The notes: generated from the sequence alone by a model not told the origin. Positions 1-11,049 are shown, counted from the first letter of the stretch. The stretch is DNA of 64,000 nt from Candidatus Bathyarchaeota archaeon (GCA_963772455.1 CAVYXJ010000010.1:1-64000), one strand, 5' to 3'. Made by a program: numbers and translations.

Positions 1-1369
1 TGTTAGGGATATTTGTCACGTTGAAATATTCGATTGCCTCACGTCAGAAGTTGAAACAAGAGAGGGCAATTCAGTTACTTATGGTGCTTCATCTGAAGAT
101 ATCAAGAAGGTAATAACCGAGAAAAAACCTGACATAGTTGGCATTTCCGTCCCCTTCACTTCTCAATATAGAAACGCAGAACGTGTTGCCATCATTGCCA
201 AAGCAGTTAACCCGAAGATAATTACAGTTTTTGGAGGGCCAGACCCCTCGGTGCGGTTCAAAGATATTCTTGAAAACGACTATTGTGACTACTGTATCAT
301 TGGTGAAGGTGAAGAAACTTTCCATGAGTTCGTCGAAAAAGTCGCCTCTCACTCAACTTTGATAGGTGTCAAAGGGCTTGCTTACAAAGATAAAGGAGCC
401 ATTCGATTTGAGTCTCGGCCTTTTAACGCAAATCTGGATGCATTGCCTTTTCCGGCTTTTGATCTTGTCGATATGAATCTGTACCTTCAAAATGAAGCGC
501 TGTATAAGAATCGCAGCAAAATATACAAAAAATCCAGCTCCATCATTACCAGTCGAGGATGCCCTTACAGCTTCGTTTTCTGCTCGATTAGACTCCATAT
601 GGGGCAGAAATCCCGTGCTCATTCTCCCGAGTACGTTATGAAGCTGCTTAGGCTATATATTAGCAGGTATGGCATAACGCAATTTCATTTTGAAGATGAT
701 AATGTATCCTTCGATAAGCAAAGGTTTGAAACCATTTTAGATTGTATAATCAAGGAAAACCTGCAAATTCAATGGGATACGCCAAATGGTGTGCGAATTG
801 ACTCATTGAATTATAATATCTTACAAAAGATGAAGAAGTCTGGCTGCGTTCAAATCACGTTAGCTATAGAATCTGGAAACCAAAGAGTGCTCGACGAAGT
901 CATCAAGAAGAAAACAAGATTATCGTATATTTTGGAAATGTGAAGAATTGCAGAGAACTAAAAATTCCTGCTAACGCATTCTACGTAATTGGTTTTCCTG
1001 GAGAAACAATTAGTGAGATGAAAGATACAATCAATTTAGCACTCAAACTCTACAAAGATTATGACCTTCATCCGCATCTTATGGTTGCAACGCCGCTTTA
1101 CGGAACAGAACTCTACGAGATATGTATTCGGGATAGACTATTAGTCGGCAATCCGACGTTCGAGGAACTATCAATAGCAACGCAGACTACAGGAAACCCG
1201 ATGATATCGACGGCTCGAATGGTCTCAGCATGATATTCGGCGGGTTACTGACGATTTCACAAGGGATCTGGTTAAAGAGCAGGGACGTAAATTACTAAAG
1301 CACCCGAAAGATTTTCTTAAACATCCTAGAGCAGGAATTAGACTTTTGCGTAAGAACAAATCGAACTAG
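1..1369 (+). CDS. B12-binding radical SAM protein, 5'-truncated by window edge, two apparent frameshifts (~940, ~1216)
   Basis: Frame open from nt 2 (KPDIVGISVPF, VFGGPDPS, IIGEGEET, TSRGCP, FEDDN, AIESGNQRVL). Continues in 940..1233 (FYVIGFPGET, ATPLYGTELY) and a third frame ending TAG at 1369. Cluster motif reads CPYSFVFC, with the second Cys as Phe. Confidence 0.8.
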
Positions 1370-1446
1370 TCGGGGTTGCATCGAGGAACAAGTCATGCAT
1401 ATCTTTAAATGCGAACTGCATAACTAAAAGAAATAAAGTGACCTCC

Positions 1447-2619
1447 TTGAAAATATCTGTATTCTTCGACATCTATTGCCCTTTCCACGAGAGTAAGGAT
1501 CCTGGTCAGATTCCTCTCGGATTAATAGATAATGGAATCGATTCAGGCATCATAACTGTTGCCAAAAAAGCAATTAGAGAATTATAAGCCAAAATTTGAG
1601 GTCACCCAACAAACCGTAAATGAATTCTACGGAGATTTTTGGCTAAAAAACAATTCAGATACAATTGTGACTTATCATGCGCGAGGAAAATCTAATGTGC
1701 CCCTAATGGAGAAGATGAAATTAGGCGGGAAAAAGGTTATTCTTAAGTTAGATAGCGATGGAAAAATCGGTCATCCTCTCCAGAGGCATCATCATCGGGT
1801 CCCTTTGCGAGAACGCTTGACTATTGCTAACTTGATTAGCGATGCATATTGGCGTTTGGCACCAAAATCGCTTAAACGCAGAAAACATTCGGCGTTTGCG
1901 GCAGAAATCATTAAACAAATAGAACTTTGCAACGCGACTGTAATTGAAAGCCCTGAAGCCTTAAGTAACCTGAATTATTTTTTGTCGTCATGGGGTAGAA
2001 GCGACCTGATCAAGAAAACTCGTTTTATACCTAACCCGGTAACTCCTGAGTTTGTCGAAGGTGAAATAGGTAAAAAAGAAAACATCGCAGTTACTCATGG
2101 ACGCTGGGATGATTACACAGTTAAGAACACTGCTGTGATGGTGAAAACCGTTGTTGAGTTTTTGACTGAAAGGCCAGTTACCGTTTCATTATTTTTGGGG
2201 GAGGAATTGACCGAGTTAAAAGACTTCTAGAAGTCGCCTCTAAGAATGTTAAGGATCGAATAACAATTCAGGGATTTGTTGAGCATGAGAAAGTAAAAGG
2301 AATTCTGAAAAGTGCCAAGATACTTTTTGTGCCTTCAAGGTGGGAGAGCTTCTCTATTGCATCCGCGGAAGCCCTCTGCACAGGCTGCTCGATCGTTGGA
2401 ACACCCGCTGAAGCATTAAGGTACTTTTCGATGCAGGGTTTCTTTGGCTCTATATCGGCAACGTTTGATAAAGAAGCCATCTTGGCTGCTCTTCTTCAAG
2501 ACGCCATAAAATGGGATAACGGCGAGTACAATCCTGAAAAAACCGCGGCGTTTTGGAGACCAATACTAGACCGCAAATCTGTTGCAAAAAGCATAGAGAA
2601 CCTTGCGAGAGCAAGTTAA
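1447..2619 (+). CDS. GT4-type glycosyltransferase with apparent frameshifts (~1567, ~2177)
   Basis: TTG 1447 (MKISVFFD..KDPGQIP) joins ORF 1559..2230 (FIPNPV, GRWDD) and a downstream frame GFVEHEKV..FVPSRWESFSIASAEAL (GT4 E-x7-E motif). Confidence 0.75.
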
Positions 2620-2638
2620 ATTTTAAGGGGCAACAATT

Positions 2639-3394
2639 TTGACCTCGGTGACTTTTGCAACGAGTTGTTGGGAAAGAGACTGGGAAATCCTCCTTAGAAC
2701 AAAGTTTTTGCAAAACAAAATCGAACGCAACGCCTACGATTTCGCCAAAAAAGCCCTGATAATAAATAACGTGAATAACCGCGTTAAAGTTGAAAAATAC
2801 GCCAAAGAAGCAGTCGATAAGAGTGTGATATCGGACTATTTTTTTGTGGAAGACTATATCGACGAAGCCTTGGAATACTTCGAATTGACAAAAGAGATAC
2901 TTGGCAAAGGGTACCATTACTCCAATCATGAATTAGCCAGCGTCTATCTATGCAAAACCGATTACCTACTGTTTTACACTGGCGATACGTGGCTGGATAA
3001 GGAAGTCACATGGGTGCAATCTGCAGTCGCTGAGTTTAAGAAAAACCCTGAATACAAAGTCGCCAACTTGGTTTGGAATTACAAGTTTGATGACGCAAAA
3101 ATGGAAGCGTCAAGAGAACTTGAGAATTTTTATGTTGGCTTTGGCTTTTCAGACCAATGTTTCTTGGTCCGCACAGCTGACTTCAAAGCACCCATATACA
3201 ATGAAGTAAACCCTGCTTCTGAGAGGTACCCCAAATACGGCGGCGAAACCTTCGAGAAAAGGGTTGATTCATGGATGCGAAATCACAAGTATCTGAGGTT
3301 AACCTTTAAGCATGGCTCTTACCTGCATGAGGACTTCCCGACAAATGAATACTTAAGAAAAATCCAAATAAAAACGGGAAAATACGACAAATAA
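2639..3394 (+). CDS. Hypothetical protein, possible GT-A-fold glycosyltransferase
   Basis: 251-aa ORF in the glycosylation cluster; TDYLLFYTGDT resembles a DxD-region strand. Confidence 0.5.
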   Translation: MTSVTFATSCWERDWEILLRTKFLQNKIERNAYDFAKKALIINNVNNRVKVEKYAKEAVDKSVISDYFFVEDYIDEALEYFELTKEILGKGYHYSNHELASVYLCKTDYLLFYTGDTWLDKEVTWVQSAVAEFKKNPEYKVANLVWNYKFDDAKMEASRELENFYVGFGFSDQCFLVRTADFKAPIYNEVNPASERYPKYGGETFEKRVDSWMRNHKYLRLTFKHGSYLHEDFPTNEYLRKIQIKTGKYDK

Positions 3395-3398
3395 AAGG

Positions 3399-4535
3399 CT
3401 AAGTTGTTTCTTTTAGCAAGGATTCAACGTTTGACCATATGCTGTTTTCGAAATTTTCGGGAGTTAGAACTGAAATTTTGCGCCATAGCTCTTGACGTGT
3501 ACTATCCCATTGTGAGTCTTGCATTTCCATTGATTTGACGATCTTCTCTTTCAAACTCTCATAGTTTTCCCATCGATACTCTTCGGGGATAAACTCTTTC
3601 ATTCCGCCGCTGTTATGTACCAATGTGACGCATCCGCTCGCTAAACCTTCAACTGGGGCGATACCGAAGTGTTCTCCCTCCATCAAGTGCACGTAGATTC
3701 GGGAGTCTTGGAGGATTTTTAGTAGTTCTGGTCCAGGCAAGTTGGTTTTCAAGGTGTAGTTCGAGGGCAGGTTTTCTTTGAATCTGTTGAACCACGCTTT
3801 TTCCGCTTCGATTAAGCCGCCGACGCTGACAAACTCGTAACTTGGCAAATCTGCGGCTAACCGCTTCAGGATTTCATGCCTCTTCACTGGGATGAAACGT
3901 GCCACATAGACGATTCTTTTTTGCCTCTGCGACAGTGGCTTGTCACACCAGAACTTCTCAAGGTTCACCGCTGGGTAAACAACAACTGGGTCTTTAACGC
4001 CGTGGCTTTTCCAGTAGCGTTGTATGGCTTCTTTGGTGTAGTTGCTGTTGCAGAAAACCAGGTCCAACTTGTCGATGCCCTGCTCGACCCAATGCTTGAA
4101 TAGCCACAGGTAGAGCTTGCGTTTGAATGTGCCTCTCTCGTAGTCATGGTGGATTTCTGGGAAATGCACGTAAGCGATATTTTTTTTGGCTTTGTTAAGG
4201 AACACGGGTTCGAAGGGTGAGGATGATTGGGTGGAGAACAGGTAATCGTAGTCTAGTTGCTTGCGGTATTTCTTTAGAAGTTTGGCAAAGTTGCGATGCC
4301 GCTTATAAATGGTAAAAGGTGGCTTCTCTTCTGTTCGCTTACCTAATGAGTGCACGGTAACCTCTTTGGGGAATTCTTCTCCAACAATGTCTCGGTACCT
4401 GACAGCGTCAAAGTCGAAAGTTAACAGTTCCACTTTTTGTCCGTGGGCAACTAGGGTTTTGATTACGTTGTGGCAGACGCGTTCGCCGCCGCCGTATATG
4501 TCAAGGTATGGGTGAACTACAAGGAAGGTTGCCAA
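3399..4535 (-). CDS. GT4 glycosyltransferase (ALG11/ALG2-like motif set)
   Basis: HPYLDIYGGGERV, YVHFP, CNSNYT, VVYPAV, EHFGIAPVEGLASG, HNSGG. Confidence 0.85.
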   Translation of the reverse strand: MATFLVVHPYLDIYGGGERVCHNVIKTLVAHGQKVELLTFDFDAVRYRDIVGEEFPKEVTVHSLGKRTEEKPPFTIYKRHRNFAKLLKKYRKQLDYDYLFSTQSSSPFEPVFLNKAKKNIAYVHFPEIHHDYERGTFKRKLYLWLFKHWVEQGIDKLDLVFCNSNYTKEAIQRYWKSHGVKDPVVVYPAVNLEKFWCDKPLSQRQKRIVYVARFIPVKRHEILKRLAADLPSYEFVSVGGLIEAEKAWFNRFKENLPSNYTLKTNLPGPELLKILQDSRIYVHLMEGEHFGIAPVEGLASGCVTLVHNSGGMKEFIPEEYRWENYESLKEKIVKSMEMQDSQWDSTRQELWRKISVLTPENFENSIWSNVESLLKETT

Positions 4536-4661
4536 CTCAATTATGCCTCAGGTTAGTGTGCGTATCATTCTTCTTGTTGGAGTTTATGAAGTTTACCTGC
4601 AACGCTGGGAAGATGTCTAAAGTAGCAAAATATATACGGCTGCATGGAAAGTGAGTAGTGG

Positions 4662-6078
4662 ATGGCAGTTTCGGTGAAACAAGAAAACATGGCGCCTAAC
4701 GCAAAAGAAGCTTAAGGTTGTTTTTGCTGACCCTCCGTTTGGTCGTGAATCTAAAGGTGAAGCTGTTACGGAGTCGCCGAACCTTGGAATTCTCTATATC
4801 ATTGGCTATGCGAAACCTCGTTTGCCTGAAGTGGAATTTTATTATCTGGAACCGTTTCTCTCAATGGAGGAGCACCTTGAAAAGGTCAAGGAAATCAAAC
4901 CTGACGTTTATGCTATCTCGTTCACTACTCCTCGAAGAGATTTAGCTTTTGAAACAATAACCAAAGTGAAGGGCTTAGGTTTCAATATGCTTATGGTTGC
5001 AGGTGGCGCCCACCCAACTATTGACCCCCAAGACGTCCTGAAAAACACTCCAATTGAAGTATGCATCGTCGGTGAAGGCGAAGAAACCACTACTGAATTA
5101 ATAAAAAAAGTCCAAGAAAAAAAATCAATCATCGACGTCGTTGGAACAGTTAATGCTCAAAAAAACAATGGATTACGACCACTCCTAAAAGACATCGATT
5201 TCTTTCCAGCTTGGGAACTAATAGACTTCGAAAACTATGATGTCGCGGTAAGCAAAAAGAAACGCATGGCGTACCTGCTACCAATTCGCGGTTGCCCCAA
5301 CTACTGCACTTATTGTTCCAACCCAGTTTGGAAACTCGAGAAGCCTTGGATAAGGCAGCGTTCACCTAAAAACATCGCCGAAGAAGTCAACTACCTGTAT
5401 GGTAGAGGCATTCGAGAAATCTATCTGCGTTCAGACACGTTTAACGTTGACATTAAATGGTGCCTAGAAGTCTGCAACGAAATCCAAAAGTTAAGCCTAA
5501 AAGGCATGACTTTCCAATGCAATCTACGGGCTGACAAATTAAACGATGAATTAGCGCAGAAACTCCATGACATTCACGTGTGGCTTGTGCACATTGGCCT
5601 TGAATCCGCTAACGATAGAGTCTTGAAGGGAATAGGCAAGAACGCGACTCAAGCTGACAATATACGGACTCTTGAGCTTCTAAAGAAGCATTGTATCAAG
5701 GTCTACGGTTTCTTAATGCTCTATAACGCGTGGGAATCAAACGGCAAACTTGAGTACGAGACACCCGAAGAAGTCAATAATACATTAGAGTTTGCCCGAA
5801 AATGTCTCAGCGAAAATTTAATTGAATATATTTCATGGTCTATAACTAACCCAATTATTGGCTCCAAGCTCTATGACATAGCAAAGAAGTATGACATCGC
5901 CAGCTACAACGTTAAAATCGGCAACTGCATGCGTCTACCAGGCATCAGCGAACAACAGATGGTTGAACATGTAAAGCAAGGCATGATCCTGCAGTTACTT
6001 AATGGTATTCAGAAAGGTATGATTACAAAGAAGAACAAGCGAGCAGCTCAAAAAGCTGTTAAAATCTTGAATATGTAA
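4662..6078 (+). CDS. B12-binding radical SAM protein (apparent frameshift ~4706)
   Basis: KVVFADPP..PNLGILYI N-terminus in frame with ORF 4822; VAGGAHPT, VGEGEET, RGCPNYCTYC, IGLESANDRVL. Confidence 0.85.
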
Positions 6079-6152
6079 CTTTTTATTCTGCCCAATTTCC
6101 GCATTTTTCGGTTGCGATAAACTATTTAACTTAAGCTAGAACAATATGCCCT

Positions 6153-6881
6153 ATGCCATCCTGCTCCGACGACGACATGAAAGTCGATTTTGTGGTGCCT
6201 TCAAGAGATGAGGCTAACCCAACATTGATTCATCAAATTGAGCATATGCCATGCGCAGGGAAAATTATCAATACTCATGAAAAGCCGCTTAGTATTGCAC
6301 GCAAAAATGGGGTTCTACAGGCAAACACTGAGTGGGTGGCAATGGTCGATGATGACATGCTTTTGCCAGATAACTGGTTACAGTTGGTAACTAAAGCGAT
6401 TGATCCAAAAGTTGGCGCAATCGGCACGGTTGCAGTTCACAAGAACAAGCATGTTGCAGCATACGAGCGTGTTGTCGGAACAGTTTACAACTTAAGCAAA
6501 TTAGACACGAACCCACACATCAACAACATCATAATTCGCCGCAAACTAATGGAGAACTACAATCCTCCACGCTTGTTCTTCGGTGAAGACCAATACTTCA
6601 AACGCTACGTTCAGAAAACAGGTTACATATGGAAAGTTCTGCCCTTTCTTGGCGCGACCCATTTGGGTACATCAAAAAACTATGTCACCATTGGCATATC
6701 GTATAGGCGATATGGACATTTTGGGCTCTACAAGCTTATACGAAGAATGGCTGCAAGGTTCATTTTTACACCTTTTGCGGCACTTAGCAATTTGAGCGCC
6801 GAAACTTTCTGGTACCTGACAAAGTTGAACGTTGAGTTTATCGCTGGCTTCTCAAAAGAACTAATTATCGAAAAATTATAG
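6153..6881 (+). CDS. GT2-family glycosyltransferase
   Basis: DFVVPSRDE, LSIARKNG, WVAMVDDD, GED motifs. Confidence 0.8.
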   Translation: MPSCSDDDMKVDFVVPSRDEANPTLIHQIEHMPCAGKIINTHEKPLSIARKNGVLQANTEWVAMVDDDMLLPDNWLQLVTKAIDPKVGAIGTVAVHKNKHVAAYERVVGTVYNLSKLDTNPHINNIIIRRKLMENYNPPRLFFGEDQYFKRYVQKTGYIWKVLPFLGATHLGTSKNYVTIGISYRRYGHFGLYKLIRRMAARFIFTPFAALSNLSAETFWYLTKLNVEFIAGFSKELIIEKL

Positions 6882-6938
6882 AAACAACGGTGAATAATCC
6901 TAATTCTAATGCTGTTAGCAGGAAGCAAACAGTTATCG

Positions 6939-6971
6939 GTAGAAGAAGAGAGAATTCTTCAATCTTCTTCT
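6939..6971. repeat. Dispersed 33-bp imperfect palindrome, copy 1
   Basis: GTAGAAGAAGAGAGAATTCTTCAATCTTCTTCT, 29/33 identical to 62042..62074; arms AGAAGAAG/CTTCTTCT. Confidence 0.65.
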
Positions 6972-7076
6972 TTCAAAGTACCTTAAAGTGCAGGGAGGTC
7001 AGGAAAATAATAGATCTCGTCGGTCAACATATAGATTAATGAAATAGTTAGGTGCAGAGAACAATCTTCCAAAATA

Positions 7077-7971
7077 TTATGTGCATTCTACGGAGTTTTT
7101 CTCATCTAAAATTACGTTTTTTGGTCCTGCAAGCTGTTTCTCGAGTGCAATTGCCCTTGCCGCAACCTTGTCAGCTTCAGCTTTGACAGTCGCATCTTTG
7201 ATTTCTTCTTTGCGTTTCTCGTTAGACTTCAAGATTAGTCGTAGGAACTCTGAGTCGTAGCTTTTGAGCAGCAACTCAGTGTTAGGGATAAGACAGTGTC
7301 CACCAATGACTCCTGGAAACATAATTGGCCTATCAAAGCGTTGTCGATGAGTGTCCTCAAGGAAGTCTACTGTTTCATCAAATTCAGCGTCAAAAGCCCT
7401 TGAGATGCGGTGCATTTCTTGGAAACAAGCAATCATCCATGCGCGGTATGTGGTTTCAAAAAGCTTTGCCAGTTCAGTTTCACGACAACTTTTAAGAGCC
7501 TTAACCTTTAGCCCCATCTTCTCAAAGTGTGTTTTGGCAGCTTTGGATGCGGCAACGTCTGCTCCGCCGACGTATTTTGTCCAACGTTTCATTTCCCAAA
7601 TCATATGTTCAGAACTTATGTGAACGCCGCGCGCAGGAGAATGGGCGACAAGGCACTTGCATGACGCCGCAACTTTAAGCGTGGTTCCAGGCGGGACGGT
7701 GCTGTTGATGATTGTGAGTTTTGGCTTGTATTGTTCAACGTAGCCTTTGATTATTTCAGCGAATTTTTCTTGGCTGCCGCATGGAAGGCAAACTTGTAGG
7801 GTGTCAACTTTTGTTGGAACTTTGTCTTTGCTTTGGCTCAGCACAGCTCATTTTTTTCTGGTCCAAATCCAAGCCGTAAACTGAGAATTTCTCTTTGGCC
7901 TCAGTATACAATGCAAAGAGGGTATGACCTATCTCGCCTAAACCAACAATCAAAACGGTTTCTTTAGCCAA
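7077..7971 (-). CDS. UDP-glucose/GDP-mannose dehydrogenase family protein, short form (apparent frameshift ~7850)
   Basis: LIVGLGEIG Rossmann motif in 7804..8040 joins INSTVPPGTT, HSPARG, TELAKLFE and catalytic GGHCL in 7077..7844. Confidence 0.8.
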
Positions 7972-8043
7972 ATGCAAGCCACCATTCAGTGGAAAGTCAG
8001 TTAATCTTAAACTATTTAAAGTTGAAGTCCGAAAGGACAAGCT

Positions 8044-8556
8044 ATGCAGAGTCCTAAGAAAGGCACTGGTATAGTATCAGGAGTCAACGTCGAAATAGGC
8101 AAGGATGTCTCCATTTGGAATTACGTTGTGATAGGCGATGGCACCAAAATCGGAGATGGCACAATGATTGGAAGCTTCGTTGACCTTGGCAAGAACGTAG
8201 TCTTAGGCAGAAACTGCAACATCCAAGCTCATGTAACCATCTCAAATGGTTGCGTACTCGGCGACAATGTTTTCATCGCCCCAAACAGTAGCCTTTTAAA
8301 CGATAAGTATCCAAAAAGCAGCTTCTTAAATCCACCAATAATTAAAGATGGCGCTGCAATCGGCGGGGGGGTGACCATCCTACCCAACGTTACAATTGGA
8401 GAAAAAGCCGTTGTAGGAGGCGGAAGCGTTGTGGCAAAAGATGTAGCACCAAGAACAGTTGTAGCTGGGTGTCCTGCAAAATTTGTCATGAATTTAAAGG
8501 ATTATGAAGCTAAACGTGACACTTTCATTAAGGCACAAAGCAAGGTGCAAAAATGA
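8044..8556 (+). CDS. Hexapeptide-repeat sugar N-acetyltransferase (WbpD-like)
   Basis: Left-handed beta-helix repeats, LLNDKYP, VVAGCPAK. Confidence 0.85.
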   Translation: MQSPKKGTGIVSGVNVEIGKDVSIWNYVVIGDGTKIGDGTMIGSFVDLGKNVVLGRNCNIQAHVTISNGCVLGDNVFIAPNSSLLNDKYPKSSFLNPPIIKDGAAIGGGVTILPNVTIGEKAVVGGGSVVAKDVAPRTVVAGCPAKFVMNLKDYEAKRDTFIKAQSKVQK

Positions 8557-9539
8557 AAATCTGGTACGACGCTTGCACTGGCAAACATATGAGGTATGGC
8601 ACGGCAATCGGAAAGCGCCTGAGAGAATCTGGTCACGAATTCATTTTTACAACACGAGAACACCCCGACACAATATCGCTTGCCAAAATCCTTGGAGAAA
8701 AACCCATCGTAGTGGGCAAATACAATCCTAACACACTTACTTCAAGGTTAGAGGAAAGCGCTGATCGCATAATAGAATTCGCGAAACTCTTCAAAAACAA
8801 CCCTCCAGACATCGCCATCGCACACCAATCAGTAGAGCTTTGCCGCACAGCGTTCGGCTTAGGAATCCCAATAATTTTAACAGCCGACACACCCCATGCT
8901 TTAGCCACTAATAGACTAACAATACCCTTTGCATATACCGTTGTGGTTTCCGAGGCATTGCCTAAGAGTTTCACAAAACAATATTGTGCCCAGAACGTTG
9001 TTCCCTTCAAAGGGGTAGATGAGGTTGCTTGGATCAAGAACTTTAAGCCATCAAAAATATCTGGTTTAAAGAAACCTTTGATAGTTGTCAGGCAGATAGA
9101 AACCAAAGCTGCTTACGCAAAAGGAAAACAAGACAACGCAAAAACAATGGCTGAGAAACTTGCGGAACTTGGAAACGTGCATTTAATCGAAAGGTATAAT
9201 GAAGAAGGCAACGAATTTGGCGAGAAAACAGGTTTTGAGGATTCAGCGAGTTTAGTAGCTAATGCTGATTTAGTGGTTAGTTATGGAGGAACTATTGCCA
9301 GAGAAGCCGCACTTCAAGGTGTTCCCAGCATCGCAGTTTCTGACATGGCAAAAACCTATGTTAACACGTATTTGGCAAGGAAAGGTTTTCCATTGTTTAT
9401 CACAACGGAGCAGAGAATTCTTTCGTACGCTAAGAAGTATCTGGGCAAAAGATTTGATGTGAAAGATAAACTTGCTAACTTAGAGAACCCTGTTGACGTA
9501 ATCGAAAAAGTTGTGGAAAACATGAAACTTAAGCATTGA
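8553..9539 (+). CDS. DUF354 family protein (GT-B/epimerase-like fold)
   Basis: MKIWYD..KH, GVDEVAW, SYGGTIAREAALQGVPSI; ATGA overlap with the upstream gene. Confidence 0.8.
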   Translation: MKIWYDACTGKHMRYGTAIGKRLRESGHEFIFTTREHPDTISLAKILGEKPIVVGKYNPNTLTSRLEESADRIIEFAKLFKNNPPDIAIAHQSVELCRTAFGLGIPIILTADTPHALATNRLTIPFAYTVVVSEALPKSFTKQYCAQNVVPFKGVDEVAWIKNFKPSKISGLKKPLIVVRQIETKAAYAKGKQDNAKTMAEKLAELGNVHLIERYNEEGNEFGEKTGFEDSASLVANADLVVSYGGTIAREAALQGVPSIAVSDMAKTYVNTYLARKGFPLFITTEQRILSYAKKYLGKRFDVKDKLANLENPVDVIEKVVENMKLKH

Positions 9540-9547
9540 AATTTTAT

Positions 9548-10316
9548 TCAGTCGATACTTCGATTTTGTCTCCAGCTTTCGCATGGAACTTTTCGGCTGC
9601 GTTGCCTTGGTTTAGGGCTATTTCCAAAAAGCCGTGGCTTCCAATCAAAGCTAAAGTTTCGTGGAGTTTAGCCTGGGCATAGGTTTTGCCAAAAGAAATG
9701 TTTTGAATAACACCTGATAATTTTACGTTGACTACTCGTTTTTGAGGTAAATCTTTCTGGTTGATATTTGTGATGATGTTTCCAAAGTTGTCTATATGCC
9801 AAACTTCGCCTATTAAAGAATTATTTCTTTGCTCTAAGCTTGCAAACTTGGGCGTTACGGCTTTAGTTATTTCTGGACCAAACTCAGAAGGTTAATCCCT
9901 TTATCTAAATGCGCGGCTGCAGGAGCAAAAACGTCCCTGCCGTGAAAAGTACTGGAGACTTGGGGGAGCATAAACTTGGGATTAGAGATCTCATAGATGT
10001 GTTCTATGTCTTGGTTTTGGGCAGCTAATATCAAAACGCCATTGTCTGGTCCAACAAAAAAGCCCTTTTTAGTCTGGATTAGTATGGCTCGTCTTTCCGT
10101 ACCTACACCTGGGTCTATGACCGCTAAGTGGATAGTGCCTTTTGGAAAGAAAGGTGCAGCTGAAGCCAACATGAAAGCGCCCACGCCGATATTGAATTTT
10201 TCCACACTATGGGTTACATCGATTATAGTGGCTTTCGGGTTTATAGTTAAGATAACCCCCTTCATTTCTGCCACGTAAGGGTCTTTTAACCCAAAATCAC
10301 TAGTCAAAGTAATCAT
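9548..10316 (-). CDS. SAM hydroxide adenosyltransferase / DUF62 family (apparent frameshift ~9895)
   Basis: ITLTSDFG..DPYV, VIDPGVGTER, GPDNG, STFHGRDVFAP; C-terminal frame HIDNFGNIITN..GSHGFLEIALNQGNAA ends at 9548. Confidence 0.9.
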
Positions 10317-10321
10317 TATTT

Positions 10322-10606
10322 TTAACCGCCATGGACAACTGGAACAAAAACAATTTCGTCTCCTTCTTTAAGTTTAGTTTCATATCCTTCTAAAACACTA
10401 ATTTCTCGTCCATTAACGAGTACAAGTGAGTTTGACCTTGAATCGTTAAGTTCTTGGTCGGTAAAAGTATGCTTAAGCTCGGGAAGTTCTTGAACGATTT
10501 TATCTATCAATTCTTTTATGGAGATACCTTGTTGGAAAGAAAATGTAAATTCTGTTTTCCCCGAAAGGTGACGTAGTGCACCTATGAATTTTATTGTTAA
10601 AGGCAC
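10322..10606 (-). CDS. MoaD/ThiS/SAMP ubiquitin-like protein
   Basis: Beta-grasp pattern, VLVNGREI, LKEGDEI, C-terminal GG. Confidence 0.9.
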   Translation of the reverse strand: MPLTIKFIGALRHLSGKTEFTFSFQQGISIKELIDKIVQELPELKHTFTDQELNDSRSNSLVLVNGREISVLEGYETKLKEGDEIVFVPVVHGG

Positions 10607-10651
10607 CTAATCTTCACTCTTAAGTTATAAAATTAACGGGTGTTAAAAATT

Positions 10652-11032
10652 TTAGCTAAAACTTTCGAATTTTTCCTGCGTTAATGTTTCAACGATATCA
10701 GTTGCGATGTCAACGATCGAATCTGCTTGCTTCATCATAGCGTCACCATTAACTTCTTCTAATTGTGATATTTGCTGAACAATAGTTTCGATTTCGATCA
10801 GAAAACGTAGGACAGAATCGTTTGTTGCAGGGTTTTTGGTTACTTCTTCGCGGATGAGTATTTCAATAAAAGCTGGCTCACCTAGGCTATAATAAATTGC
10901 GTTTCTGGCTTTTCTTATAGCTTCTATAACTAGGCTTGGCGCCATGTACGGGATTTTTCGTGCCGCTTCGAGTTCAGCTTTGGCTTCACGCAGGTACCTA
11001 AGTGCCCAACCTTTTCTGTACTCATCCATCAT
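10652..11032 (-). CDS. Hypothetical helical protein, HEPN-like
   Basis: WALRYLREAKAELEAA resembles HEPN helix 1; no RxxxxH motif. Confidence 0.55.
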   Translation of the reverse strand: MMDEYRKGWALRYLREAKAELEAARKIPYMAPSLVIEAIRKARNAIYYSLGEPAFIEILIREEVTKNPATNDSVLRFLIEIETIVQQISQLEEVNGDAMMKQADSIVDIATDIVETLTQEKFESFS

Positions 11033-11049
11033 GATTCTTATGTCCAGAA

